Below the pieces are notes generated by a model. That model made no database searches, was not told where the DNA came from, and saw nothing but the letters and a program-made list of their open reading frames with translations. DNA of 63,391 nt, the filler included, from Choristocarpus tenellus KU-1152 (taxonomy: Eukaryota > Protista > Phaeophyceae): the NCBI GenBank assembly GCA_964200185.2. It is 13 parts of 13 records of this genome, joined end to end, with 100 filler letters (N's around TTAATTAATTAA, not from the genome) between each part and the next. Parts side by side here need not be neighbours in the genome. Positions count along the whole stretch, not along the records: positions 10,470 to 13,856 come from CAXNAD020020384.1; positions 13,957 to 16,505 come from CAXNAD020026861.1; positions 16,606 to 23,698 come from CAXNAD020006712.1; positions 23,799 to 28,071 come from CAXNAD020015347.1; 9 more parts are not named here. One strand, 5' to 3'. This document shows positions 12,863 through 25,960 of this stretch, in pieces (the stretch's first letter is position 1; each line of letters begins with the position of its first letter). The translations under genes were made by a program, and so were the position numbers.

Positions 12863-13480
12863 TAGAGCGTATCTGTAAAGGGTAGGGAAGATGGCTTAGA
12901 ATGCGAAAGGGCTTAGACCTACCCACCTCTCACTTGGATTGACTCAACATGATGTGCACCTCCATCGTATCTACTAGGTTTCTGGAGATGGTCCTCTTGC
13001 GCAACAGGAGGGAAATGATCTTCATAACAGCAATGCAACAGCTATTTCAGATCCATCTACGATCAGTTTTAAAGGAGTTTTAAGTAAGCTTTCAAACTTT
13101 GGCAATACCACAAGCACTTGTACGTATGGCAGCAGACACTTCACTTGCTTGCAACATGGTCCTTTGTTTCCCTCTACTCAATTCATCCTTGCAATACTGA
13201 GCAATAATTATAGTAGTCGTTTGCTTCCTTGACCTCTTTCAGAAGGTCACGCATGGATAGTACTGTTGCACTCTGTCCATTACATGCTATGAGCTCGCCC
13301 TCAAAGAAATATATCAGATGTTCAACAGTATCTCTTTGAGCTCAGGAATGCCAAGGTTCACACCTGCTCTTCACCAGACTTCAGGAAATCTGATGTCGAT
13401 TGTCCATGTGGTAGGCACTACGAATTATGTACCACCTCTATTATTAGTGTTTTTATCTTCATCCTTGTCAGTATCGTTAT

Positions 13481-13736
13481 TAGTCAAAATATCTTAGAGG
13501 TTAGAGCCGTGTCCGTTTGGGGGACAAAATCCAGTGTTGTGATTTTTATGTAATTTCAGCTACGTGTTTGTTAGGAAGTGTCAATATCCTTGTTCCAGAC
13601 ACACCTTTTCATAACATACACAGTTGGCCTACTCCGAAATATTTGAGGATTAGGAAAACTTCATAGAATCTGTGGGAAGTCAAGCCCCAAACGGTCAAAC
13701 AGGGCGAAACTCGTACCCTCTAAGATACTTTGTCTC
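13481..13736 (+). mobile_element. MITE family A
   Basis: TIRs as above; TAT/TAT TSD. Confidence 0.93.
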
Positions 13737-14099
13737 TATCATTGTTGTTGCTACTGTTATTATTATTGCTCACATTAGTCTGAGGGATCGCAGTCCTCAA
13801 ATGGTGGCGAGAGAGAAACAAGATTACAATGCTTGAGGGTCAAAGTATCTGGGGGGNNNNNNNNNNNNNNNNNNNNNNNNNNNNNNNNNNNNNNNNNNNN
13901 TTAATTAATTAANNNNNNNNNNNNNNNNNNNNNNNNNNNNNNNNNNNNNNNNNNNNCCCCAGATACTTTGACCCTGGGGCAGCCTAGACGTATCTGGGTC
14001 AAAGTATCTGGGGGGGAGGGGGGGGTTGAGCGTTCATTTGGGGCTCTATGGTTCCACCCCCAAAGCCCTCCAAGACTCCATTCCAGCACAGTATCTCGA

Positions 14100-14910
14100 C
14101 GCATCTATCGACCATTCAGGGGGAGCTTGCCCACCTTCTCAGCCTTTTCCTTGCTTAAGGTGGGTCATTTTGAAGGTGTTGTCACCCTTGGACCCCAACA
14201 CCTCACCGTACACTTCGAAGAGGCTCTGCCAGACGCGTCCTCCTATCAGTCTCTCTCGAGGGTACACATCAAACACTTCCATTGTGGCCTCCGCCAGTTC
14301 TCCTGTGTTGATCATCTCCACTTCTTCCTTCAGTTGCTTGGAATGAAAGAATCCCAGGTCGTTGATGTTAAGGTCAGGTGAGTTGGCTGACTAGGTTTCT
14401 AGGACAATATCATCCCCCACTGCCTCCTTGATTCCCTCCATGGCCCCCCCCCTTGGTGTGTGGCTTTCCCCCCTCCTGCTGCATGAAGATGGTGTGTCCT
14501 TCCAGCCTAGGCATGCGGACCTTGATTGACAGGATGATATCCTCGATCATGAGCTTCTTGTACCTCTCCCCGTCCACTGTGTGGTTGGTACAAACACCTT
14601 GGTACCCTTGGGGCAGTGTTTGCTGGAGCTCTGAGCGACCGTAGTGTCCACGATTGGCCAGATCCTAAATTTCCCATCGAACCACACCCTGTTGGAGAGC
14701 TTCCAAGGGGGGGCCACAGCTGCAAGGAATATCACATTCATAACGAATACTTACTCTATGCCTGTGGGGGGTTGGGGGGTCCTCAGTCGGGTGCAGGTAC
14801 ACATCTTCCCACCTTTGAGGTTGCAACACCACTTCTCATCCACATGCACCCAGTCATATAGATCATCCACTAAGAGCCCGCTTCCCCTCTCCTGTGCACG
14901 TGGCTGATGA
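14100..14910 (-). mobile_element. DD39D plant-type mariner transposase pseudogene (catalytic domain)
   Basis: Across frameshifts and stops: LYDWVHVDEKW, VIFLAAVAPP, WFDGKFRIWPIV..AQSSSKHCPKGT, IFMQQEGGKPH, SANSPDLNINDLGFFHS, KGDNTFKMTH; this is the motif order of Soymar/Osmar-type transposases. Confidence 0.88.
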
Positions 14911-14917
14911 CGAAACA

Positions 14918-15159
14918 GGGCCAAAGTATCTTAGGGGGGGGTGTTGTTTGTGAGGGGGCGTCCGTTTCTGTCCGGACGAAGTACTCAAAATTCATGGGAA
15001 TTGCTGTCTTCAGTCGTGGAGAGAGGTGGACTGAAGGCAGTAATTCCCATTATTTTGTAGTACTTCGTCGTCCGGATAGAAACGGACGCACCCTCACAAA
15101 CCACCATCCCCCATGTTACTTGGACCCGGTCACCGTCCTTGTAAGATACATTTTGACCT
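14918..15159. mobile_element. MITE subfamily C (same termini as A/B, different interior), abutting the mariner relic
   Basis: GGGCCAAAGTATCTTA...TAAGATACATTTTGACC. Confidence 0.7.
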
Positions 15160-15859
15160 AAAATGCATTATTAAGGATGTACGCCTGGCGCTTGAGGGGG
15201 TGTTGGCTATGTTGTGATGGTCAGGAACGTTCCCCTTTGGGTTCAAAGCCCGGAGTCTGCCTGGTTGCCGCCGCTTGGTTAGGGTGTGTGTTATTGAAAA
15301 TTTCGACTTGTGCTGAAGATAGTGAAGTGGAGAGCGAGATGTTTGTGCGTGGACGTCCCCCTGGTAGGGTTCCTGCCAATTGCTCTATGGTCCTATCAGC
15401 GCAAAGAAGAGGGGGGAGGAAAAAGGATTGGGTTGGCATTGCAGCAAAAGTATTAGAGAAAGGTGACAGAACAACGGCCTAATGGAGACGAAATTTAGGT
15501 TGCCGTATCGGGCCAATGAACACATGTATAGGAAGACACGTGTAAACACAAACTGTTTGGGAGCTGAATAAATTCAGTTTATATATATATTACATGGATA
15601 AGTCTGTTGTTTTATATGGAACGTATGATCCATGTCCATCATCATAACATGTCCGTGGAGTCATGAGTCTGACTGGCGAAGTGGAGGGTGAGTCACGAAC
15701 ATATATTGACCAATATTGCTTCTCAAAGCCATGTCTGTAGTCAATCTGGTCGACACATTGCGCAGGTTGCCGAGTCAGCCCTGTACCCGCCGTGAGGGTG
15801 GGACCGGACAGGTTCGTCTTCAAGACTTAGTCAGTTGTTGATTATTTGGGTAAGGCCCA

Positions 15860-16505
15860 CCTTTAAGACCTGGCAAGTATTTTGTTGCAGATCCGCCTCT
15901 ACCACTGGGGTGTACGCGTGGACGAACCCGCTCCATGTGACACGGGTGTTGTGAGCGTCCAGCATACAAGGGCACTTCCACATGGGGTGAGATTTCCAGT
16001 TACACAGGTGACATGTACTGTCGACACATGAATTTTTGAAACGCCCAAGGAACCGCCAGAGGACGGTTCGCTGAGGGGTTCCAGCATGGTCCTGTCGCAT
16101 ATGTTTTGTTTTGATTAGTCCATATGAGCGGTTCTTGTTGTCAGTGTGGTGCAGCGGATGGAACGTCACTAGTGGAGTATGGTTTTGACTGCAGTACAAA
16201 TACATACGTAGAGTACGCGTAGTGAAACGGTTTGAGTGTGTGTGATGTACGTTAGTGTATGTATCTTTAGTGTGTAGTCTCATTATGTTGGAGAACCAAT
16301 ACAGCTCGTGGCTATCCTGTGGCGGTTAGGAAAACGTAGAGATGCCCAGTCGCCACTGTAGCGTGTATCCAAAAAAAACGATAGGCTCTATTTCCGCAAA
16401 TACCTTGGCGTGGCCTTTGAAATGTAGAACGGTCTCCACTTCACGAATGTTGACAGACAGGGTATTGGTCCTGGGATCCCCTCCTGTTCGAACCTCTCCT
16501 TGAAG
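15860..16505 (-). pseudogene. Possible Cys-rich transposase-like fragments (Sola2-like?)
   Basis: PCLSTFVKWRPFYI and SCVDSTCHLC...WKCP...VTWSGF resemble motifs I associate with Sola2-type proteins; no catalytic triad seen. Confidence 0.25.
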
Positions 16506-17617
16506 NNNNNNNNNNNNNNNNNNNNNNNNNNNNNNNNNNNNNNNNNNNNTTAATTAATTAANNNNNNNNNNNNNNNNNNNNNNNNNNNNNNNNNNNNNNN
16601 NNNNNATTAAAGCACCATAAAAGCCGCGGGTCCAGTGTGGGATAGTTCAACAGAACCTCCTGGGCTAGCGATTCCTTTAGGGATTTCGGGTCAGACGAAG
16701 GGTAGGTACGGGACTCTTGGCACGGAGGCTGGTATGGAACGTGATTTCAACATGTTGCAGCAGACGAGTGGAATTCAGGGCTTAAGAGAGGACAGCTTGA
16801 GCTCAGATTTATGCTAACTGTTGATTGTTCACAACTTAATTGAGAGACATCTTGGCTAGGTCAACCATCCACTAGAAAGTCTAATGAGAGTGAAATAGAG
16901 ATTGGGGCTGCTGCTGATATTGGATCTGGAGAACGTTGGACTTGAAGACAAGAAAAGAATGTTGAGGAAAGAGGGGATCAACGAGGCCGTGGGAGAGGGA
17001 AGGGAGGTACAGGTCTGAGGGATGATCAACGTCAAGACAGGGACAACTTCAATTATCATGCTTCCTCCTGCTTCTGGGGTCTTTCTGGGAGCAGGACTAT
17101 AGCAGTTGTTCAAATGAGCTGCACAACAAGGGTATTTTGAGACTCAAGATTCTATTACCTGTAAAATATGGGCAAAAGAAACAAGCGATCGATGGAGTGA
17201 TACTGCCCCAACCATTGGGCAATCCAAATGCTCAACTTAAAGGGAGAAAAGAAAAGGCATAACCAAGTGGCTGAGGCATCTCTTCTATTGTTGGCCTCAA
17301 ACGGGCACCATATGCTTACGATGTGATGTGGCATGAAATCAGGAGAGGTTCTGTTAAGAATATGCCTTTTATTTGGTGGCAAGGACCCCCCCACCCTTGG
17401 GCTTGGATGTTCACTCCTTTCTTTCACCTTCCTTCCTTCATATAAAACCTGATCTACACATTAAGGACTTAAATCGAGTCATTCACATAGGCAAGTCTTG
17501 GGAACATCAATTTCTTTAACATATTCCAATGTTGTGCACCCCAAAGAAGTTGGGACTATCATATAGCAAATTCACCTTAAGAACATTTCAATTCAAGTAT
17601 TTACGACATATACTATT

Positions 17618-17772
17618 GGCTCAAAGTATCTGAGGGGGGGGGGGGCTCCTGACCAGGAGAAGTGTACATACATTATCAATCCGACATACGCAACCAAATA
17701 ACCCAAAAATCACAACATGGAAAAATGGAACCCGAATGGACAGCCACCACCACCCCCCAGATACTTTGAGCC
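17618..17772 (-). mobile_element. MITE family B (short internally deleted copy with both ends)
   Basis: TIR GGCTCAAAGTATCTG / CAGATACTTTGAGCC; ATT/ATT TSD. Confidence 0.92.
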
Positions 17773-18488
17773 ATTACCTGATAGAGGATGGGAGGGAAAT
17801 CGTCATTTGTGATCTATCCCCGAGAACTTAATTTGAATGGTGAGGGTCTACATTCCTTCTTAGCTAACGAACTACTGTAGGGTTAACTGAAGAAGTGAAC
17901 AGCACCCCTGCCTGTCCTGACCAACTATTCCCAATACAAGTTACCAAGACCTACGACCATCTAACTAACATAAGAACGGCAGTGAACAGTAGTGCTGAAA
18001 AAAGAAATGTACAATCAACATTTTGATTTGAAATGAGGTGTTAGTTGCACTTACAAGTAATGATGCCACTCCCTCCAGGTAACGTTCAGCCCATAAGGAC
18101 TTCACATCTGTGTATAAGACTTCCCAGCACTGTGGGTGCTCTACCATACAGCACTCCCTGCTTAGTACACACAAACAACAAACTTAAGACTAAAAATAAA
18201 AGTAACTCCTCTGCACAGGAACTAATGTCTAACCACAAAAAAATATTTAAGAGGACTTTAGAAAGAAATCCTGATGTAGGAACTTTATTCAGAAGTAGAT
18301 TCACTCCCTGATGCTGTATTAAATAATAGATTCTCACAGCTATTGTGAAATATAGAGCAAAGAGAATCATTCAAACCTGCAGAGTTGACCTCACCCCTGA
18401 CTCAAATCAGTTGCACACCACATTTTTTTCCACGTGTACTCATCTATAGTTCTCAGTGACTATTCTCCAACGATTCGTGCCGATCAAA

Positions 18489-20057
18489 CTATATTTGTGG
18501 AGGTGTTGTGGTGGCAGCAGGGCTGGCAACATTACAAAGCATCTCCATTTGAGTGGAAGGGGAAATGTGGTGCATTGAGTAGATATGGCTGGTAGTCATG
18601 GGCATGATGTGTCGCTCAGGGTGATCAAATCGGCATCTTGAGCCATAAGCGCACTTTCCTTTACAATAAGTGAGCAAGACAAGGGTGGGGAACAAGTTGT
18701 GGAGAGGGTAAGGCGGATTGCTATGAGTAAAATAACAGTATACTCATTGGACCAATATCAATTGCAGGGTATGAGACTCATGTAGCAGGATGTCAGGCTT
18801 CAAGGTGGAGTCCAAGACCAATAATCACATAGCAGTCTCATGGCATCAAAGATCTCCTTCTTTGTGCAGCCATCCACTCTCACCGACACCAGGTCTTGAC
18901 TCTGGTTGATCCCTCTCTAAACTACAGTATGCATACCACTGTGCTCCACTCCATTGAGAATCTCCACAAATACAGAGATATGTTCGAGCACCCTTCCTTG
19001 AATTTGCTACCATACTGTCGAAACACTTGAACCACTTAACATGGACCACATACATGGTTCCTCTAGGTGGAACTCCTGTTTACATGACCTGATACTTGCT
19101 GCTACACAACTAATCGCCAATCCATATAAAAAGCTTATCATTGTGCGCACTTGACACACCTGTCCTCATATAGAAGCGGCAAGGGGGAGCACCGTAATGC
19201 CTTGGCAAAGCTGTCAGATTTATCCTCTCGTCAGCAGGTATGTATGATGCATCTTTCTGTTTCAAAGAGCGGATGGGGCAGGGACCAGACAGCACACACA
19301 TGTATGAAGTTGAAGTTGAATAAAAGATGTCAACCCCACAAACTCATATTCGAAAGCCAACACCAAGGGGTCACCAGTTGAAAGTATGAGCACATCGTAT
19401 TGAACATGCTCTGAGTGTCCCTCAGCATCAAGTGCATTCGTACATATCAATGCCTGATGTAATGCACAACACTTGTCACACATTAACCACCCTCCACTAT
19501 GCATCAACTATAAACCTCACCTTAGCTATGTATTGCAATTGCTACCTTCTCTCTTAGTGCATTGGAATGAAAAACTAGCGTCTATCACCACATTGTGATA
19601 TTGCAGACAACTGAAGGAGACTGGGAATATGACAAAGAGCAAAGAATCACAATGGGAAAAAGTGGATACTGACTTACTCAGGCTGTAGAGTTCTGAGCAT
19701 CTACACGGAGAGGACCAGCAGCATGTGGGATCACACCATTGGGGGGTATGAACTAGGCTGTGCTTTACCTAGTAGCAGGATAGTTACAACCAATCCAAGG
19801 GCGAGCAATAGCAACAATCCAGAACAGTTTTTTTGGTGCATTAAAAATTCTCCCACACTGTGCAATTGAGCATTTTATGTGTACAAAACTGCATCAACAT
19901 GATCCTGGTCAACAAATCCGCACCCACACTGAGTGAGATATCGAACCCCTCAACTCTATTGCCCTGTTGACTTGAAAACAATACTTTGAAAGATAATAAA
20001 TCTTGCCTTGGAAATGTGCCTGAAGCGGCAATTCACGCCATAGGCACAGGTCCCCGT
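18489..20057 (-). CDS. Tandem CCCH zinc-finger protein, 3' exons (20057-20007, 19256-19160, 18658-18489; further exons unresolved)
   Basis: Splicing 19160 to 18658 gives PCRFYMRTGKCAYGSRCRFDHP (C-x8-C-x5-C-x3-H); upstream exon TGTCAYGVNCRFRH is half of a second finger, followed by a GC donor. Confidence 0.85.
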
Positions 20058-20435
20058 CTGCAAAAAGTGAGCACAAGGGATGCGATCCTAAGAGGTGGAG
20101 GCAAGAGAGGGAAATGGGCGGTGAACAAAGACGATTTTTCCTTCAATTTGTGTTTGACAATTGTGTCCGCTACCTTAGCGCCCGTAGAAAGAGTGAAGCG
20201 AATGAAAACAAGCACACTAATAGCAACAAAGTAGAAACAAAGGGTCGAGGAAAGCCTGAAAATATTTTGTGAGAAGTGATAGACAAAGTTGATGGTAAAC
20301 AAGCCTTACTATCAGACTACACAATCATACCTTATGAGTTTTAGAGCGTTCTTTGATAAGGCCCTGTGATCCTTCACTAGGTGGACACAAAAATGTCAAC
20401 AATCGCGCAGTGCAAGGTTTAGGGGGTGTTAGATT

Positions 20436-20702
20436 GAGTCAAAGTATCCCAGAGGGTAGAGTCACGTCCATTTGGGGAAAAAAATCCAATATTCCGATTT
20501 TGATGTGATTTTTGCTATCATGCTATCATCTTGTTTGCTAGGAAGTGTCAATATACTTGTTCCGGACACTCCTTTTCATAGCTTATACACTTTAACTACT
20601 ATGAAACATTTTGGAGTAGGAAAACGTAACAAAAAACGTTAGAAGCCAAGCCCCAAACGGACGAACAGGGGAAAACTCGTACCCTCCAAGATATTTTCAC
20701 TC
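20436..20702 (+). mobile_element. MITE family A
   Basis: GAGTCAAAGTATCCCAGAGGGTA...TACCCTCCAAGATATTTTCACTC; flanks ATT/ATC. Confidence 0.92.
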
Positions 20703-21054
20703 ATCAACCATGCCAATCCCAAGGGATACAATTTCCTGGAACACAATGAGTCATTTTTTCCCTGCACAATAGTTGATAGGGTCTTCTAACATCAATACTC
20801 CACCTTCACGTTGTGAAGTATACCATGACAAGAATGAAAATGTGTTCAACCTTTTGGTTGGTTTGACACTGGAATATCCAAAAAAACGGAGGAGCTATTC
20901 ATGGTGGTTGTTACACGAAATTCCCTCCCACTGCCTGCAATCAACCTTGGGAATTGCCTGATAGCACTGCAACTATCAAAACAAAATTGCATGACGGGCT
21001 GCATTAAAGGCACTAAAAATTGCCCACATCCTATCAACATACACTCCTGACACT

Positions 21055-21316
21055 GAGCCAAAGTAAACGAGAAGTGACAAGGTTTTGGTCGTTTTGCATT
21101 TGGGGTCTATTTTTCACTCTTTTTCAATTCTCACCTATATATCTATGGATGAAGCTCCAAGTTTGATTTGAGAGCGTTTATTTCTCAATAGCTTGAAACG
21201 TTTCAAACACAATTCAGATGGTATCCTATACACAGTTGTGAAAAAAGCTGAATTTTGAATGTATTTGTCAGCATCCTTGAAATACAATTCCTGGTACAGT
21301 TAGTTTGCTTTGACTC
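21055..21316 (+). mobile_element. MITE family D
   Basis: TIR GAGCCAAAGTAAAC / GTTTGCTTTGACTC; ACT/ACT TSD; homologous to 44543-44800. Confidence 0.85.
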
Positions 21317-24110
21317 ACTTCGATTTCTCTATAATGGAATATCTACCAGAAATCATAATGATACTCATTTTTGAAACTACACAAGAAAAATGTTCTCCGC
21401 ACTTCATATTAAAGAGTTGTATGTCTATATCAATCTCTGGTATTGTATACACATAAAAGAAACAAAAATCAACAATAACATGGAAATGGTTATGTGCCTG
21501 TGTTGCACTTTGAAACATTTCGAATGGCCTAAACTGGGATTTTCACTGAAAGACTGAAAATGAGCAACCGTGGCACCCATTAGTAGTCCTGACTATCGTG
21601 TAGTACTCTTTGTAGTGGAATATTTCTATGATAACTGCATTAACTTAAAAAGCTATCATGATACATTAGCATGACAACAGTAAAAGATTGGGCTCAATAT
21701 TTCTACATCCAGTACATACTCAATATTACATGGAAAGGGTCTTCCTGAAAAAGATCAAGGGCAAGATCATTCAAACCACCGAACAGATGAGTAAAGCATA
21801 TAAATGAAAGGTTGCCAGGATGAGGTCAACGCTGAACCATATTTTTTGCATTGTCAGATTGTCACAGTAACCAGAAAGTGCTTGCTCCCTCCCAGGACAA
21901 CGAAGTCAACAGTCATGCCTCTTAGTCCATGCCCTTGAAATGAACACCCAAATGCATCCTAGAAAAAAACATATTTATGAGGTCACCAGAGTATCAAAAT
22001 GCGCCTCAGACAATAGGGTTGTTCCTCGAGACTGAGAGAGTCTGATGTATTGGTTGTGTTTCAAATGATCACAATCAATTTTCACGATTACACGTGTTTG
22101 GAAGAGTAAGAGCATCAGTGCTACACAATAGAGGGAGAATACCAAAATACCTAGGACAAGGAACCTAGACCTTTGGCATAAAATTCACTCTGCAGTTGTC
22201 AGGGTCTGTTGCTTTTGTTGCCACATGACCTGCTTGTGATGTCCCCATCTGCATGCATGCCTGTAGCCAGATTAGTTGCGTGTCCAACAGGTAGCGTCCT
22301 GGTGATCGTTTTCGGAAGATGTGGTGACTCCCTGACTAGTTTTAGAACTCCTGGGTTGACCTAAATTACAATCAAAGCATTGCAGTGGATGGGTTATCAA
22401 GTAACATAATGCCTTCATGCTTACAATTGGACAAGATAAAGAGTAATATATTTCATTTTCTGCGGAACATGCGGACAACAAACTGAAAAACTCAATGAAT
22501 ACTACTACTGCAAATAATGGATCCTCTACTTGTACAATATCCTGTATTCATTTGCACAAGAATTATCACACACATCAGAAAAGTCAGAACAACAGCTCAC
22601 AAGATCACTAAGAAAAACCCACTCGGCGATTCAATATATACAATTGTGATAGGCTGGTTTCCGGGTTATAAGGTCACCATATAGGATGGGGCAAGAGGAC
22701 ACTTTGCTAGTTTTGTGCAAATGTGGTCAGATCCATGAATGGGCAGATAAATTGAAGGGACAGTGTGTATGGGCCTCCTGTTGACAACTATCAAATACCA
22801 ATTAACCCGACCATATTATCAAAAAAAACATTTTGTAAATCTCTTTGGATGTATTTTCTGGTTCACACTACATTCTGGTTTGACACTGAAGAATCTGATC
22901 TCCCTTAGTGTTTTTTTTAATGTTTTCCAGATTACAGGTGTAAATCTTGCCACTGGCGCATGGGACCTGGTACAAGAACCAGTGGGCACACAATCACAAG
23001 CACAAGTACAAAGCCAAGACTTGAATTACAACAGTATTGTGTGTTAAGGGGCAGGGTCTGATTGATCTGCAAATCATAGGTAAAGGCACACACATCTGAT
23101 GTCGCAGAAGGAGCACAAGTCCAGGTCTAAGTCTGAGGTCACATTGTGGATCTTCGATCTAGGTCTTGATCGTGTATAAATCACAGGTACAGGCATGAAT
23201 TCCAGTTTGAGCACAATGTGGATGTCTGGTCGGGGTCCAAATTACTCTCAGACTCATTGTTGAGGGTGAAGTCTGTTTGGGTCTGGTGGCATGAAGCTTC
23301 GATCAACACCTTCCACTGTACTAATGCTTCCAAATGTAAGGGAACTCAGCAGTGTAATTTATTAGTCAAGAACATTGGAATATCATGCTTAATGTCTATA
23401 ATAAAGATGCTGATCCCTTTTAAGCTAAATTGGTGTACATAGATGGCCAAAAAATTGATATATTTCCTCCATTGTGTTGCATTGGCCGAGGGCATTACAA
23501 AGCACAAAAAGATCACATACCTGATCGGCTAGTGCTCACGGACTGTTGCCCTTACCTCACAAAAAGTAGTTCGTCACTATGCAGATGAGTAGATGTTCAG
23601 TGACAAAGACTATACATACTTTCTGCTACTGTCAATCAATTCATGATTACATCATTTATCTGTCTGAACAGTACAAATAGGCTCAAAGTATCTGGGGGNN
23701 NNNNNNNNNNNNNNNNNNNNNNNNNNNNNNNNNNNNNNNNNNTTAATTAATTAANNNNNNNNNNNNNNNNNNNNNNNNNNNNNNNNNNNNNNNNNNNNGG
23801 GGGGGGGAATAGTTGTTTCAACACTTGAAATATTAAATATAATGAACAGCCATTTCAGTATCTATTATTTTGTTTTTAGCGGTGTGTACTATCAAGCTGG
23901 GAATATTTCTGTATCTAAATAAAGGGGAAAAAAAAGAAAATATGTACCGGAGGTTACAGTGACTGCAGTGTGCGTGAGAGAAGGAGATTACCGATTTTGA
24001 TTTGTGCTTGGAGTTGTGTATAGTAGTGCAACTTTTGTTGCCTGCCTGGTGTGTTTAGATATCCTTGGACTCCCTTGTTGCCCATTTCACCTTGCTTTGG
24101 AGAGGTGCTG

Positions 24111-24272
24111 CAGTCCATTTGGACCGAAATCAGAAAAAATAAAAAAGTAAAAAAAATAAAGTGCATTTTCATTGTCCATCGGACGTATGGAACCAAATCA
24201 CCCAAAATCACGGCATGAAAAAATTGACCCCAAATGGACAGTCGCCACCCCCACCCCAGATACTTTGAACCT
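24111..24272 (-). mobile_element. MITE family B, one end missing. Other partial B copies/ends: 1-41, 7531-7572, 13838-13856, 13957-13974, 13997-14045, 23680-23698, 40490-40599, 40700-40759, 50110-50290, 53260-53300
   Basis: GACCCCAAATGGACAGTCGCCACCCCCACCCCAGATACTTTGA and its reverse complement recur. Confidence 0.85.
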
Positions 24273-24340
24273 GACCAATTTCTCACAGGCAACAAGGGTC
24301 GGAGAGGAAAAGGTTCTTGGGAGGAAGAATGTCGGATTCT

Positions 24341-24601
24341 GAGACAAAGTATCTTAGAGGGTAGAGCCGCGTCCATTTGGGGGTCAAAATACAATGTTGT
24401 GATTTTGATGTAATTTTGGCTATCGTGTTTGTTAGGAAGTGTCAATATCTATGCTTTGGACACACCTTTTCATAACTATACATTTTACCTACTCCTAGAC
24501 ATTTTGGAGTCGGAAAATGTCATTAAAAAACCCATGGGAAGTCCAAGCCCCACAAATGGACAAACAGGGAAAACTTTGTACCCTCTAAGATAGTTTCACT
24601 C
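24341..24601 (+). mobile_element. MITE family A
   Basis: GAGACAAAGTATCTTAGAGGGTA...TACCCTCTAAGATAGTTTCACTC; TCT/TCT TSD. Confidence 0.93.
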
Positions 24602-25960
24602 TCTGGTGTGTATGTGTGTGCGGTTATTCAGGTGTATTCTGGCGAGGTTTGTGTTTGACCAAGAGTGATTGCTGGTACTGCCTCCCAACCTGGGGATTGT
24701 TCCAACCCTGTTTATGATAGAAGCACTTCAGGAGGAGGGGGGGCAAATATAAGTAAGTTGTTTTCGTGCTCCTCAAAAATCGGCATTATTTTTTTAGTTG
24801 ATGAAGTACTTGAGAGTGCGTACGTCATAGTAACTCTTAAAGAAAGGGACTCGACTATAGAAATGGAACTAGGAGATGTATACCTAATCCATTTGTAAAC
24901 TACTGCTCCATTTTTGACGTTTGCACGTTCTTGATCGAAAAAACTGAGGGCCTTACTTGTACCTATTATCACTTCTTTTTACGGCGAGGTGGTCAGTGTG
25001 TGTGTGGATTCCTAGTTATTTTATTTGGTGTTCGGATTCAGGGAAAGAAATCCGTTGCCACTACTGCGTACTACTTTCTCAGCGCTCTGCGTCAACTACA
25101 TTCCATTCTTTCTGCCCTACGCACCCGCTTCTGTTGTCCCTCTCTCGGTCTCCGATGCCTTCTTCTGGCGTACCAATCGACTCTGTCGCTTGTGTCTTCC
25201 ACTCTACCCTTTCCTGGTTTGTTTATCGTGGGGGAGAAGCAGGCACTCACGTGTTTTGCCTTCTGTGCGTGTGTATGTCTCTTCGTGTGTTGTTGAGTCC
25301 TCTTCTTATTACTTTCAATTTCTTTCTGAACATGCAACCAAATCCCTCCCCAAGTATCATCTCGAGGGAAATGACGTAAGACAATGGAGCCCCGCCTGGA
25401 GGAAAAACTGATGCTAGATATACCTAATTTACACCACGATTGGTGGACAAGGACCACACATCCTTCCATTTCTGAGACCCTCCTTTCACTCCTCTCGAGC
25501 CATCCCACTCCGCACGCCCCAACTTAAACAGCCAATGTTGTTGTGCGGCCAACGCCAATAGCCCAATCTCACCTTCTACAACGTTTGGAGATGAAGGGCT
25601 AGGATGAACCGCCCCAGCACAACGGTAATTCTGACCGCCGAAGCAAGCTTGTACAGGGAGTGTGTTGTGTCTGTGGATGAGGGTTGCTTGGAAAGGGGTT
25701 CATTATACATCAACCACCTGTATATGACCGACCAACGTTTGGATTGGAACGAATATTGGTGACAGTTACATCACTGTACAACTGTTGTTGCGTCACAAAA
25801 AATTTAACCATGGAAGGCATTGACGAGCATGTAATGGTAAATGGTGGTCCAAAGTGTCATCATGGTTGTAGGAAGGCACGTATGCTTGAACGGAGGAGGG
25901 ACTAACGCTAGATAACTACTTTGGGGTGAGGGGGGGGGGTATTTACTGGGAATATCCGAC

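Noticed and set aside
12327-12926. Two minus-strand ORFs with mirror-related peptides
   Set aside because: Consequence of the inverted arms of the fold-back MITE
15895-15925. ACCACTGGGG...CGCG.GGAC similarity to the tRNA-Leu 5' half
   Set aside because: No anticodon or T arm; short match probably by chance
16606-17450. Possible decayed gag-like region
   Set aside because: Only an RG-rich stretch with many stops; no diagnostic motif
23954-24445. 163-aa minus-strand ORF
   Set aside because: Reads through two non-coding MITEs; similar peptide pieces ([22 protein letters not shown]) recur wherever family B occurs
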